The notes: generated by a model from the sequence alone, not told the origin. A stretch of 64,000 nucleotides of DNA from Candidatus Latescibacterota bacterium (GCA_963791045.1 CAWBQK010000013.1:192001-256000); one strand, 5' to 3'. Shown: positions 1-9,817, counted from the stretch's first letter. Made by a program: numbers and translations.

Positions 1-573
1 TACGGTGGATGTCCGCTGATCAATGATTTCGATGTGCTCATGCCCACAGGCTCCGCCTTCTATGCGATGGAGTACGAGATTCCCGGGCACGGCGGTGTGA
101 TCGCACAAGCAACGCCGAATGCCGCCGGAACGACCGCGCGGTATGTCATGTCCGGTTTCGCGTACAACTACATTCGCGATGACGGCATCGGTACCACGGC
201 ACCCGACCGGGTCACGCACCTTCGCGATATCCTCGTCTGGTTCCAGAACATCATCGACGAGCCAATCGGCATCGATCCGGTGGCGTTCGAGAACCGGCTG
301 GACAACGCGTACCCGAACCCGTTCAACCCGACCACGACGATCAAGTACTCGATCGCCGAACGGGCACACGTCACGTTGAATATCTACAACGCGGCGGGGC
401 AGCTGGTACGCACGCTGGTGGATGAGGCACAGGCACCTAATCCCCAGGGATTCTCGATGGTCTGGAACGGTCTGAGCGACCAGGGGCAGCCGGTTTCAAG
501 CGGTGTTTATTTCTACAAACTCACCGTATCAAATGGCTTCAGTATGACCAAGAAGATGGTCCTTCTGAAGTAA
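1..573 (+). CDS. 5'-truncated large secreted protein with C-terminal FlgD-Ig/T9SS-type sorting domain (paralog 1)
   Basis: Frame is open from base 1 (YGGCPLINDFDVLMPTG...). C-terminus LDNAYPNPFNPTTTIKYSI...SGVYFYKL...KKMVLLK. Colinear with 3838..4410. Confidence 0.9.
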   Translation, partial: YGGCPLINDFDVLMPTGSAFYAMEYEIPGHGGVIAQATPNAAGTTARYVMSGFAYNYIRDDGIGTTAPDRVTHLRDILVWFQNIIDEPIGIDPVAFENRLDNAYPNPFNPTTTIKYSIAERAHVTLNIYNAAGQLVRTLVDEAQAPNPQGFSMVWNGLSDQGQPVSSGVYFYKLTVSNGFSMTKKMVLLK

Positions 574-599
574 TGAATACGCGGAAACCATAGGCCCTT

Positions 600-653
600 A
601 CGGGTGCCGCTTTCTAATGGAGTTGAGCCACAAGAAAGCGGCACCCGTTTTTT
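600..653 (+). terminator. Rho-independent terminator
   Basis: Stem ACGGGTGCCGCTTTCT (600-615) / AGAAAGCGGCACCCGT (633-648), followed by a T-run. Confidence 0.85.
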
Positions 654-741
654 GTGTTTGCCGTCCCGACGGAGCAGCCCGACTCGTCAACTCACCAGTT
701 TACAATACACATATAGGCGTCTGATTTTCGCTTCCGCGCTA

Positions 742-770
742 TTGACGCTCAACGACCTCTCACCTATACT
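742..770 (+). promoter_or_regulatory. Sigma70-type promoter for paralog 2
   Basis: TTGACG (742-747), 17-nt spacer, TATACT (765-770). Confidence 0.7.
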
Positions 771-775
771 GTGAG

Positions 776-1206
776 TGGTGAGTAGCCCAGTAAGGGCATG
801 GGGCTACAGCCAAACGATTCACCATCCGTCTCGCCAGCGTCATTCGGGAAAGGAGGTGAAAACGAATCAAAGCACGCTGGCAACTTGCTCCTGATTTCTC
901 ACCGGAAAGCTCTAGCCGACCAAACATATCCGCCAAAAGGTCAGTCTGAATGGACGATGACGCAGATGTAGTACATCGTGTCGTCGGAGTATGGCTAGTT
1001 CTACCCTCGGGGGTTATCATCGTGTGCTTCGTTCCCTCGGCACGCGTTGAGGGTGTTTCGCACCGGGGTGTCTGCAGAATTTGTAAGACGAGTCTCGGCA
1101 GGCGTCGTTCTATATTCATACGTTCAACGACTGACCTTATTCCCTCCTTCTCGGCAAGCCGCTTGTGGCTTGCCGATTCTCACTTCTGCAACGATGGAGG
1201 AACGAT
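776..1206 (+). promoter_or_regulatory. Long structured 5' leader (candidate cis-regulatory RNA)
   Basis: Complementary stems: 776-781/819-824, 782-788/801-807, 833-840/874-881, 937-946/1129-1138, 1151-1160/1167-1176. No credible ORF. Confidence 0.5.
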
Positions 1207-4200
1207 ATGAGGAAAACACTTGTGGTTACGCTGTGCATTTTGGTCGCCATGTCCACCCTGACCATGGCGAAGAAAATGCCAAACAAACTCGACAACGCGA
1301 AGTTCCGGGAGGCGATTCTCTCTCCGGCGAATCCGCCTGAAATCGGCGGCTCGATGTTCCACGCCGCGGCCGCAGGTACCACGGTGCTTGGGTGGTGGCA
1401 ATTCGATTCATCTACCGGCCAACCGGACTCAGCGGGGTGGACGGTGGTGGACAAGTATGCCCAGGTGACCGAGTATTTTCACGTCGATGGCAACGCCGGG
1501 GGTGACCCAGCTTGTAACGGGATCACGCCCGTGAACGGTGCAAAGTCGATGTGGTGCGGCCAGTGGCAAACAACCGCCACCCCCTGGTGCAGTTGGGCCA
1601 CTCTTCCCGGCTACGGCAATAGCTGGGAACAACGCCTCGTTTCCGAGGTCATAGACTGCGACACGCTCACATGGGCGTGGACGGCCGTGTGGGACTCCGA
1701 ATCGGGTTATGACTACACGTACGCGGAGTACTACGACAATTTGACAATGTCGTGGTTGGCGCTTCCGATAAACGCCGGAGCAGAGGCTTATGACGGCGTG
1801 GGCGGACCGCTCTCCGAAGCCCATCAGGTCATCACGTCCGGCGGGTCGACACAGCTGCGGTTCCATTTCGTTTCCGACGAAGCCTATTCGGATCAAGACG
1901 GCGGATGGCCGTCCGTTGAAGGCGCGTTCAAGGTTGACGACATTGGCATCGTGGCGACAAACGGTTTCTCGAACGGACCCCAGACGTTCGAAACCGAAAC
2001 CTGTCAGTCCAAATCTTCCGGTGATGGATTCTGGACGGCCCAGTCCGCACCGGGTTATGGTCTCTACGGCGCGCTCCACTCCGCCACGGGGCTCGTCCAG
2101 GAAGACCCCTGCCTGCATCCGTTGTCGAACATGTGGGGGTTCTTCGACGACCCCCTGACAACCAACTATGCGTGCGGCGGGTGGCCGCTTCAGGGCGCCA
2201 TGCCCTACGGTCCCGACGCAAACGACCTTTATATGTGGAACGAGATCTGGTCGCCGTGGGTGCAGAACCAAGGCTCAGGCAGTGACTATCAGATCCAGTT
2301 CCTCTCCTACCGCGACCTCCCCCTGGACAATCTTCAGTTCTACCTCTGGGAAGTCCGCGGCAAGGACGTCAGTGGATGTCCATCGGAATGGGATACCGAC
2401 TGGTGGGTCTGGATGGGCGGCCAGAAGGACTGGATTCGAGGCGTATTCCAGATCGGCGCATTCGTTCCACCGGGATCGGTCGAACTCCAGGTCGCAATCG
2501 GCGCGATCGACATGTGCTATTTGTGGTGCGGCGTCTATGGCACCGGCGCATGCCACAGTCACGCTCCGATTCTCGATCAGATGTACTTTTACCGGGTTGA
2601 TTTCACGGGACCGCAGTGGGACGTTCGCGACATCGAACTCTTCCAGGACAACTTCCCCGAAAATGGCGAAGTTGTCGGATTTGCACGCTGTGACATGCCG
2701 CGGGATATGTTGCCCGGGGACAACGGGACGATCCTTCCCGGCGACTCGCTACTCATCCAGGTGATCGATCCGGATGGAATCGGCACGGATCCGACCGTGG
2801 GTGGCCCTTCGGTCTATCTTTTCGCGAAGGTGACCGACAGGCACGGGACTCCGATTGCCGGAAAGAGCGGTGTTGCGATCCAGTCTCCGGATAACATCCG
2901 GTTTACCGGCGATCCCAATGCGGGGACGCTACGGTATCCGTTTGTCGGACCTGCATCGGCGCCGGCCGGCCTTCCCGCCGGATGGTCGCAGTACCGGATG
3001 GACGACGCATATTCACGGATTGGCGGTCTGCAGCCGGACCAGTACTGCTGCGATCTCATGGACATCGCCAACGGCAACTATGTGAACGAGAACGCGCCGG
3101 CCAACGTCGGGATCTTTACACCGGGGGATGTCATCAACTACTTCCTCGGCGCCAAGAACTCGCTGGGCCAGTGGAGTTACTTCCACAGAACGTATGGCGG
3201 TCAAGGCGCGGCAAACACAACGGCCGATATCAATGAGGCCGTGCAAGGCGCGATGGAGTGGTCGGTACTTCCCGACGCGGGCCGCGAGCCCGGCGATCTC
3301 GGCGACATTCTGTTCGTGGATGATGCCGACGACCGCGGCGGACCGGCCCAGCTCTACTTCGACTGGGCGTTCCGGTACATGGGAATTGAAGATCGCGTCG
3401 ATCGTTTTGATGTCATTGGTCCATCCTCGTCGGTCGGCAACGGCCTGGCGTCGAGGGTAAAAAACGTGTTCGCGCAGATCATCGGCGATCCGGTCGAGAT
3501 CTATCAAAAGATTCTCTGGAACTCGAGCGATCTCAGATCGGGTTTGATCGGAGATGGTGGTACAGCAAACGGCGGGAGCGGGCCCGAGAAAACAGACTCT
3601 TACGACTTGCTCTTCACGTTTCTGAACCACCACCCGGACAACCCGGGCGTCTACGTGGCCGGCGATAATATCGCTGAGGAATGGGCCGGTCTTATCGGCG
3701 CAGGCGCGGTCAATCTCAAGTCGACATTCATGACGCACGCATTGACAAATGGTAGTCATACGGCGGCCGGTGAGCCGGTGTCGCCTCTGACGACCCAGTC
3801 GATCGGCTCCCCGATCGGCCCGGCGTCGATGTATGCGTACGGTGGATGTCCGGTGATCAATGATTTCGATGTGCTCATGCCGACAGGCTCTGCCTTCTAT
3901 GCGATGGAGTACGAGATTCCCGGGCACGGCGGTGTAATCGCGCAGGCGACGCCAAATGCCGCCGAGACGACCGCACGCTATGTCATGTCCGGATTCGCGT
4001 ACAACTACATTCGCGACGACGGGCTCGGCGCTACGATGCCCGACCGTGTCGCGCATTTGAGAGACATCCTCATCTGGTTCCAGAACATCATCGACGATCC
4101 GATCGGCATCGATCCGGTGGCGTTCGAGAACCGGCTGGACAATGCGTACCCGAACCCGTTCAACCCGACGACGACGATCAAGTACTCGATCGCCGAACGG

Positions 4201-4410
4201 GCGCACGTCACGTTGAAGGTTTACAACGCGGCGGGGCAGCTGGTACATACGCTTGTGGATGAAGCACAGGCTCCCAGCGCCGAAGGATTCTCCAAGGGTT
4301 GGAACGGTCTGAACGACAAAGGGCAATCGGTTTCAAGCGGTGTGTATTTCTACAAACTCACCGTATCAAATGGCTTCAGTATGACCAAAAAAATGGTCCT
4401 TCTGAAGTAA
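1207..4410 (+). CDS. Large (1067 aa) secreted Cys/Trp-rich protein with C-terminal FlgD-Ig/T9SS-type domain (paralog 2)
   Basis: RBS GGAGG at 1196-1200 and ATG 1207. Signal peptide MRKTLVVTLCILVAMSTLTMA. Jelly-roll-like motif (YDYTYAEY..LRFHFVSD..FKVDDI) and C-terminal YPNPFNP domain. Confidence 0.9.
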   Translation: MRKTLVVTLCILVAMSTLTMAKKMPNKLDNAKFREAILSPANPPEIGGSMFHAAAAGTTVLGWWQFDSSTGQPDSAGWTVVDKYAQVTEYFHVDGNAGGDPACNGITPVNGAKSMWCGQWQTTATPWCSWATLPGYGNSWEQRLVSEVIDCDTLTWAWTAVWDSESGYDYTYAEYYDNLTMSWLALPINAGAEAYDGVGGPLSEAHQVITSGGSTQLRFHFVSDEAYSDQDGGWPSVEGAFKVDDIGIVATNGFSNGPQTFETETCQSKSSGDGFWTAQSAPGYGLYGALHSATGLVQEDPCLHPLSNMWGFFDDPLTTNYACGGWPLQGAMPYGPDANDLYMWNEIWSPWVQNQGSGSDYQIQFLSYRDLPLDNLQFYLWEVRGKDVSGCPSEWDTDWWVWMGGQKDWIRGVFQIGAFVPPGSVELQVAIGAIDMCYLWCGVYGTGACHSHAPILDQMYFYRVDFTGPQWDVRDIELFQDNFPENGEVVGFARCDMPRDMLPGDNGTILPGDSLLIQVIDPDGIGTDPTVGGPSVYLFAKVTDRHGTPIAGKSGVAIQSPDNIRFTGDPNAGTLRYPFVGPASAPAGLPAGWSQYRMDDAYSRIGGLQPDQYCCDLMDIANGNYVNENAPANVGIFTPGDVINYFLGAKNSLGQWSYFHRTYGGQGAANTTADINEAVQGAMEWSVLPDAGREPGDLGDILFVDDADDRGGPAQLYFDWAFRYMGIEDRVDRFDVIGPSSSVGNGLASRVKNVFAQIIGDPVEIYQKILWNSSDLRSGLIGDGGTANGGSGPEKTDSYDLLFTFLNHHPDNPGVYVAGDNIAEEWAGLIGAGAVNLKSTFMTHALTNGSHTAAGEPVSPLTTQSIGSPIGPASMYAYGGCPVINDFDVLMPTGSAFYAMEYEIPGHGGVIAQATPNAAETTARYVMSGFAYNYIRDDGLGATMPDRVAHLRDILIWFQNIIDDPIGIDPVAFENRLDNAYPNPFNPTTTIKYSIAERAHVTLKVYNAAGQLVHTLVDEAQAPSAEGFSKGWNGLNDKGQSVSSGVYFYKLTVSNGFSMTKKMVLLK

Positions 4411-4485
4411 TGAATACGCGGAAACCACAGACCCCTTAATGGGTGCCGCTTTCTCATGAAGTCGAGGCAGGAGAGAGCGGCACCT
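3838..4485 (+). repeat. Direct repeat of 1..~648 (3' part of gene plus 3' UTR and terminator)
   Basis: Gap-free alignment at offset 3837 through the stop codon. Shared post-stop TAATGAATACGCGGAAACCA and shared terminator stem. Confidence 0.9.
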
Positions 4486-4493
4486 GTTTTTTT
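4441..4493 (+). terminator. Rho-independent terminator
   Basis: GGGTGCCGCTTTCTC / GAGAGAGCGGCACCT stem followed by a T7 run. Homologous to 600-653. Confidence 0.85.
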
Positions 4494-4539
4494 AGTTGTT
4501 TGTGGTGGTTTGCACTCTTTTCGGTGTCCCCGGTTTCGA

Positions 4540-4569
4540 TTGACAAACACCTTAAAAATATGTTATAAT
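4540..4569 (+). promoter_or_regulatory. Consensus sigma70 promoter for paralog 3
   Basis: TTGACA (4540-4545), 18-nt spacer, extended -10 TGnTATAAT (4561-4569). Confidence 0.75.
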
Positions 4570-4621
4570 AACAAGTTACAAAGATTGACAATTCAAGGTC
4601 GCGCAGCGACAGAGGACAATA

Positions 4622-7600
4622 ATGAGATCTCTCCTGAACTCTCTCTCGTGTGTTCTCGTCGCGGTTTGTCTCACTGCAACTCCAGCTCTCGCCAAAAAGA
4701 CACCCGACGAAAACAAACCGGCAATAATAGAACTCCAAAACAGACCCACCCTTCTGTTCGCGCCCGGCGCGCACACGCGCCCGGAATGACGGCAGCTGCC
4801 GTGGATACGACCGTACTCGGGTGGTGGCAATTCGACGATCCTTACTCCGGCGGTTGCGATCCGCAAGGATGGACCAGCACCGATCTCACCGCACAACTTG
4901 CGACCTATTTTCATATCGATGGTAATGCCGCCGAGACCGGATGCAACGGAATCACTCCCGTGAGCGGCGAGAAATCGATGTGGTGCGGCCAGTGGCCCTC
5001 GTCCGCCGATCCGTGGTGTGGATGGACAACCCTCCCTGGTTACGGCAACAACTGGAATCAGCACCTGGTGTCCGACACTTTGACCTGCGATACGCTCACC
5101 TGGACGTGGACCGCCGCGTGGGATACCGAGCCAGGATATGATTATGGTTACGCTGAGTACTGGGACGCATCACTATCACGATGGTCGCGCGTCCCTATCC
5201 TGACTGGTTACGGCAAGTACGAGGGCAGCGGCGGGCCGGCTGTGGATTCGCACGAGATCGTACCGCCCAACGGGTGGACGATCTTGCGGTATCGGTTCAC
5301 ATCGGACAGCGCATGGGATGACGAAGACGGGCTGTGGCCGTCGACGGAGGGCGCTATCAAAGTGGACGATATTACCGTCGCGTGTTCGGGAGGAATCACC
5401 TACCACCACGATTTCGAAGACGACGAATGTGGCAACACTGAAACAGCAGATGATTTCTGGCGTGCAAGAAAACAGGAACCCTTTGGCAACTACGCCCAGC
5501 TCGTTCACGGTACGAGGGTTGTCCAAGAGGACCCGTGCCGTGCGGTGCTTTCATGTTTGTGGGGGTTCTTTGACGATCCCGCTGTGACCAGCTATGCATG
5601 CGGTGGGTGGCCGGCACAGGGGGCTGTTCCCTACCTCAGATGGATCGACGGAGAATGCACGGGAATTAATAACCAGATCTGGTCGCCGTGGGTTCCGGTC
5701 ACAGGGTCGGGATCAGAGTATCGATTGAGTTTTCTTACCTACCGGGATCTTGTCCTTGACGATATGGTTTTCTACACATGGTGGGTGAGAACAAAAGACG
5801 CCAGTGGATGCCCGAGCTCCTGGAAGAATCCCAACTTCGTTTACTACGGGGGACAAAAGGAGTGGTATCGGACGGACTTTTCTATTGGTAGTTTCATTCC
5901 CCCGGACGCCGAGGAGATTCAGATCGCGTTGGGCGCCATTGATAACTACTGCATGTGGGGCATGGATGGGTCGTGCCACAGTCACGCTCCGCTCTTCGGC
6001 CAGGTGAAACTTGTTCGTGTCACCTCAGACGGACCCCAGTGGGTCGTCCGTCATATCGATCTCTGGCAGGACAACTTCCCCGAGGAAGGCGGCGTCGATC
6101 CGGTATCGAGCTTCGCCCGATGCGACATGGCACAGGACATCCTGCCAAGTTACAATGGGAACATCCTTCCCGGCGACTCACTCGTCGTAACTGTGAGCGA
6201 TCCGAACGGACTCGCCGATGACAACTCCGGCGGCCGCCCGGGGAAAGCGGTCTACGTGTTCGTCCGCGTCACCGACGCTACGGAAATGCAAAAGCCGGCA
6301 AAAACGGTACTGGCGATCCAGTCTCCCGATAACCAGGCGTACAGTGGCGATCCCAACGCGGGGCTTCTCCGGTGGCCGCATGTCGGCGCGGCATCGCGCC
6401 GGCAGCGCTGCTGGGATGCAATTCAGGATGGACCAGTGTTTACACCTCAAGCGGCGGCCTGATCGCCGACAAATATCTGCTGCGATCTAATGGATCTTGG
6501 GGTCGGGACCGACGGGCCCCCACTACAACCACGCGAATGAAAATACGGCGGCGCAACACCGGTGTCTTTACACCCGGTGATGTCATCAACTATTTCTTTG
6601 GAGCGCGGAACGCAGAGGGGCAATGGAGCTATTGGCACCGCAAATATCACGGTCAGGGACTGGACAATCGGACATCGAGCATCGACGTGGCTGCAACCGA
6701 TCCATGCGAGTGGTCGGTGCTTCCCGACGCAGGGCTCGAGCCGGGTGACGACGGGGACATCCTCTACGTCGACGATGCCGATGACCGCATGATTATTGAC
6801 GACTGGAAGCTCCGTGGCGACCCAGTCCAGGCACACCTCGACTGGGCGTTCGGGTACATCACTTGGGGCGCGCGTGGATCGTTTCGACATTCTCGGGCCC
6901 TCGTCGATTGTGGGCAACAGCCTCGCCTCGCGTGTGAAGAACGTCTCCAACCAGATGGTCGGCACATCGACCGAGATCTATCAGCAAATCATCTGGAACT
7001 CGAGCAATCTGAGCCGCGGCCTTGTTGGTGACGGAGGACCGGCATATGGGGGGTGCGGGTGACGAGAAATCGGATGACTTTGCGCTCTTTGAAACGTTTC
7101 TCGATACACACCCAAACAACCCCGGCATCTATTTGGCCGGCGACGATGTCGCCGAGGAATGGGCGTCGCTCTTAGGCGCCGCTGCGGTCAGTGTCCGCAG
7201 CACGTACATGGATTTCATTTTCGCCCGCGGAAACCACGTTACTTTTGGTGAACCGATCTCCCCGCTCGTCCGGGCGGGTGTGCCCGGATCTTACGGCGTT
7301 TTTGACGGCGGGCTTCACACGTTCGACTTCTTCGCATATGGCGGATGCCCCGCGATCAACGATTTCGACGTCATGTTCGCCGGTGCGAATTCGAGGGTTG
7401 AGATCACGTACCCCAACGGCTTCCCTACGAGCGGAGCCGTGCTTGCTCAGGCGACACCCAATTCCGCTGGTACAACGGCCCGGTTTGTTCTCGGTGGGTT
7501 TGGTTATGATTTCATCCGTGACGACATCGTCGGCGGGCAACTCGAACGATGCCGGTTCCTTGCCCACGTTCTCACGTGGTTCGGCAACTTATTGCCCATG

Positions 7601-7912
7601 GCCATCGGCATCAATCCGGTCGTCTATGAAAACGCACTCGAGAACGCATATCCCAACCCATTCAATCCAACGACCACGATCGGGTATTCGATCGCGGAGC
7701 GCTCGCACGTGTCGTTGAAGATCTACAATGTTGCTGGGCAGTTGATAAAAACGCTGGTCGATGAGATTCAGTCACCGCGAGCGGAAGAGTCTGCAGAGTG
7801 ACATGGGATGGGACAAGCGATACGGGGCAAGAGGTTTCGAGCGGTGTTTATTTTTACAAGATCACGACGAAAGGATTTTCGAGAGACGAGGAAGATGGTG
7901 CTGCTAAAATAA
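4622..7912 (+). pseudogene. Paralog 3 of the secreted FlgD/T9SS-CTD protein, broken by multiple single-base indels (pseudogene or sequencing errors)
   Basis: ATG 4622 gives signal peptide MRSLLNSLSCVLVAVCLTATPALAKK. Homology to paralog 2 continues across ORFs 4456-6462, 6372-7031, 6796-7062, 7022-7801 and 7798-, ending in RKMVLLK* at 7912. Confidence 0.85.
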
Positions 7913-7942
7913 GTTTTGTTTTCGAAACGAGCACTCCCTTTC

Positions 7943-8060
7943 GAGAGGGCCGATGGAGTTCGACGCACGAATTCGGGCGGCGACCCAGGATGCCGGCGGA
8001 TATCCAACAAGGTTGCAACTCGACTGGGCAAGGAGAACACCGTCGGCTCTCTCTTTTCTT
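7943..8060 (+). terminator. Long-loop hairpin with T-tract, probable terminator
   Basis: 19-nt stem 7943-7961 / 8035-8053 (two G-U pairs, one mismatch), then TTTTCTT. Confidence 0.5.
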
Positions 8061-8155
8061 GGCGCCGACGGCCCTTTGGCCAAACTGTCCGCCGGAGGCA
8101 CGGGAATTGCCAAAATAGACGATTATGGTGTAGGCTGGATATAGAGGAAAAAACC

Positions 8156-8686
8156 ATGATCCGTCACAATCAAACGACACTATCGCGTAACAGGTCCGTT
8201 AACATCAAGTGGCTTTGGCTCTTTGGAGTCCTCACGCTGGTCCTGTTGGCGTCGTGTACCAGCGCGCCGCGGTATCGCTCGGGCTCAATGGACGCCAGCA
8301 AGGGCAGCGGCGACCGGCAAGAGATCATCCATTATGCAAAATCGTTTCTTGGAACGCCGTACCGCTACGGCGGGACAACCCGGAACGGAGTCGACTGCTC
8401 GGGTCTGGTAACGGCCGTGTACCGGGAGTTCGATATCAGCTTGCCGCGATCTTCAGCCGACCAGAGCCGGGTGGGTGACGGTGTGAACCGGTCGAATCTA
8501 GAGCCGGCGGATCTCGTGTTCTTCAAGACTTCGGGAAGCGGGACGATATCACACGTCGGAATCTATATCGGTGACGGCAAGTTTATCCATGCGTCGACGA
8601 GCGCGCGCAAGGTCAGGATCGATTACCTCGACGACGACTATTTCAGACGCCGTTTCAGAGCCGCCCGCCGCGTAGTCTCGAGTTGA
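8156..8686 (+). CDS. NlpC/P60 (C40) cell-wall endopeptidase lipoprotein
   Basis: Lipobox LLASC. Motifs GTPYRYGG..GVDCSG, DLVFF, SHVGIYIGDGKFIHAS. Confidence 0.93.
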   Translation: MIRHNQTTLSRNRSVNIKWLWLFGVLTLVLLASCTSAPRYRSGSMDASKGSGDRQEIIHYAKSFLGTPYRYGGTTRNGVDCSGLVTAVYREFDISLPRSSADQSRVGDGVNRSNLEPADLVFFKTSGSGTISHVGIYIGDGKFIHASTSARKVRIDYLDDDYFRRRFRAARRVVSS

Positions 8687-8703
8687 GATCCGCGCGGTCA
8701 GCC

Positions 8704-9561
8704 TTACGGCGCCTTGATTTCTTCCAAAGTCTCCGACAGAAGCTTGTTGAACCCGCCCGGATCTTCGAGCATCAAAAAATGTCCGTACCCCGGCATTAGC
8801 TTCACCTCAAAGGTCTTTGCCTGACGCTTCCCCGCCTCGACATTCGTCGGCCACAGATCCGCGTTAATCGCGTACACCGGTATGTCGAGTCCCTCGAGCT
8901 TTCCCTTTGGGTTGTAGCTCAATACGCTCCGCATCACCGCGATGGCGATTTTCTTCGGCGAGGATGCCATGTCGGCGGTGACCTCTTCCACGAGTGCCGA
9001 GTCCGCGCCCGCCGGAAACATCATGGCGACAAAAGACCTCGTCGTACCCTCAAAGTCAGCTTTGAACGCTCCCAAGAACTGGTCGCGTTCCATCTCCGGG
9101 ACGGCCAATTCGAGATCGTGATAGGTGTCGCCGCCGACGAGCCCAACCACACGCTCGGGCATCAACCGCGCCGCTTCGATGTTCACCGAACCTCCCATCG
9201 AATGCCCTACGAGAACCACTTTTTCGAGACCGAGTTTGTTGACCACGGCGGCGACATCGGCGCCATACGCCTCCATCGTCCAATTGGTTCTCTTTGTGCC
9301 CGATTCGCCGTGTCCCGGAAGATCAATGGCAACCACCTGATACTGTTCACGAAAAAACGCCATCTGCGCGTTCCAGTATGAGCGGTCGCAAGACCACCCG
9401 TGGACAAAAACAACGGCGACGTCCCCGATGCCATCCGTTGTAAACGCGATTTTGACTTCATCCGCGGACATCACCTCTCGCTGCGGCGTCTCCGCATAAA
9501 AAGACAAACTGACGAGAAACATCGACAACACCGCCAACCCAATCACCGTAAAAACTCTCAT
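8704..9561 (-). CDS. Secreted alpha/beta hydrolase
   Basis: Motifs VFVHGW, DLPGHGES, GHSMG nucleophile elbow, C-terminal GH. Signal peptide and a GGAGG RBS before 9561. Confidence 0.9.
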   Translation of the reverse strand: MRVFTVIGLAVLSMFLVSLSFYAETPQREVMSADEVKIAFTTDGIGDVAVVFVHGWSCDRSYWNAQMAFFREQYQVVAIDLPGHGESGTKRTNWTMEAYGADVAAVVNKLGLEKVVLVGHSMGGSVNIEAARLMPERVVGLVGGDTYHDLELAVPEMERDQFLGAFKADFEGTTRSFVAMMFPAGADSALVEEVTADMASSPKKIAIAVMRSVLSYNPKGKLEGLDIPVYAINADLWPTNVEAGKRQAKTFEVKLMPGYGHFLMLEDPGGFNKLLSETLEEIKAP

Positions 9562-9619
9562 TCCAGACCTCCAATCCGCTTTTGATTCCACAAACCAGAT
9601 CAACATCATTACCCGCGGA

Positions 9620-9817
9620 CTAGTTCGTCCGCCGGAAGTAAATCATTGCCCCCACTTTTGCCGTGGCCATCGCACACATGATCACAAAAAGATCCCAGCG
9701 CATCTCGCCGGTCTTGAAATACCCATACGTGAACGACGCGAGCATCAGAACCACGCCGACAAGCAACGACAAACGCGTTGCCTTGTAACGGTGCATGACA
9801 AATCGTTCATCAACCAT
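9620..9817 (-). CDS. Small two-TM membrane protein
   Basis: MVDERFVMHRYKATRLSLLVG..., two hydrophobic segments. Start overlaps the stop region of the XRE gene. Confidence 0.7.
   Translation of the reverse strand: MVDERFVMHRYKATRLSLLVGVVLMLASFTYGYFKTGEMRWDLFVIMCAMATAKVGAMIYFRRTN

Noticed and set aside
856-894. Leader peptide GTG..TGA (MKTNQSTLATCS)
   Set aside because: The start overlaps the SD-like motif itself and there is no regulatory codon run. It cannot be supported without ribosome profiling.
1-4485. Diversity-generating retroelement (TR/VR pair) suggested by the near-identical repeats
   Set aside because: Mismatches are not adenine-specific and are mostly synonymous, both copies are coding, and there is no reverse transcriptase in the window.
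4622-7912. Programmed frameshifting or phase variation
   Set aside because: There are too many indels and most are not in long homopolymers or slippery heptamers. Error or decay is more parsimonious.
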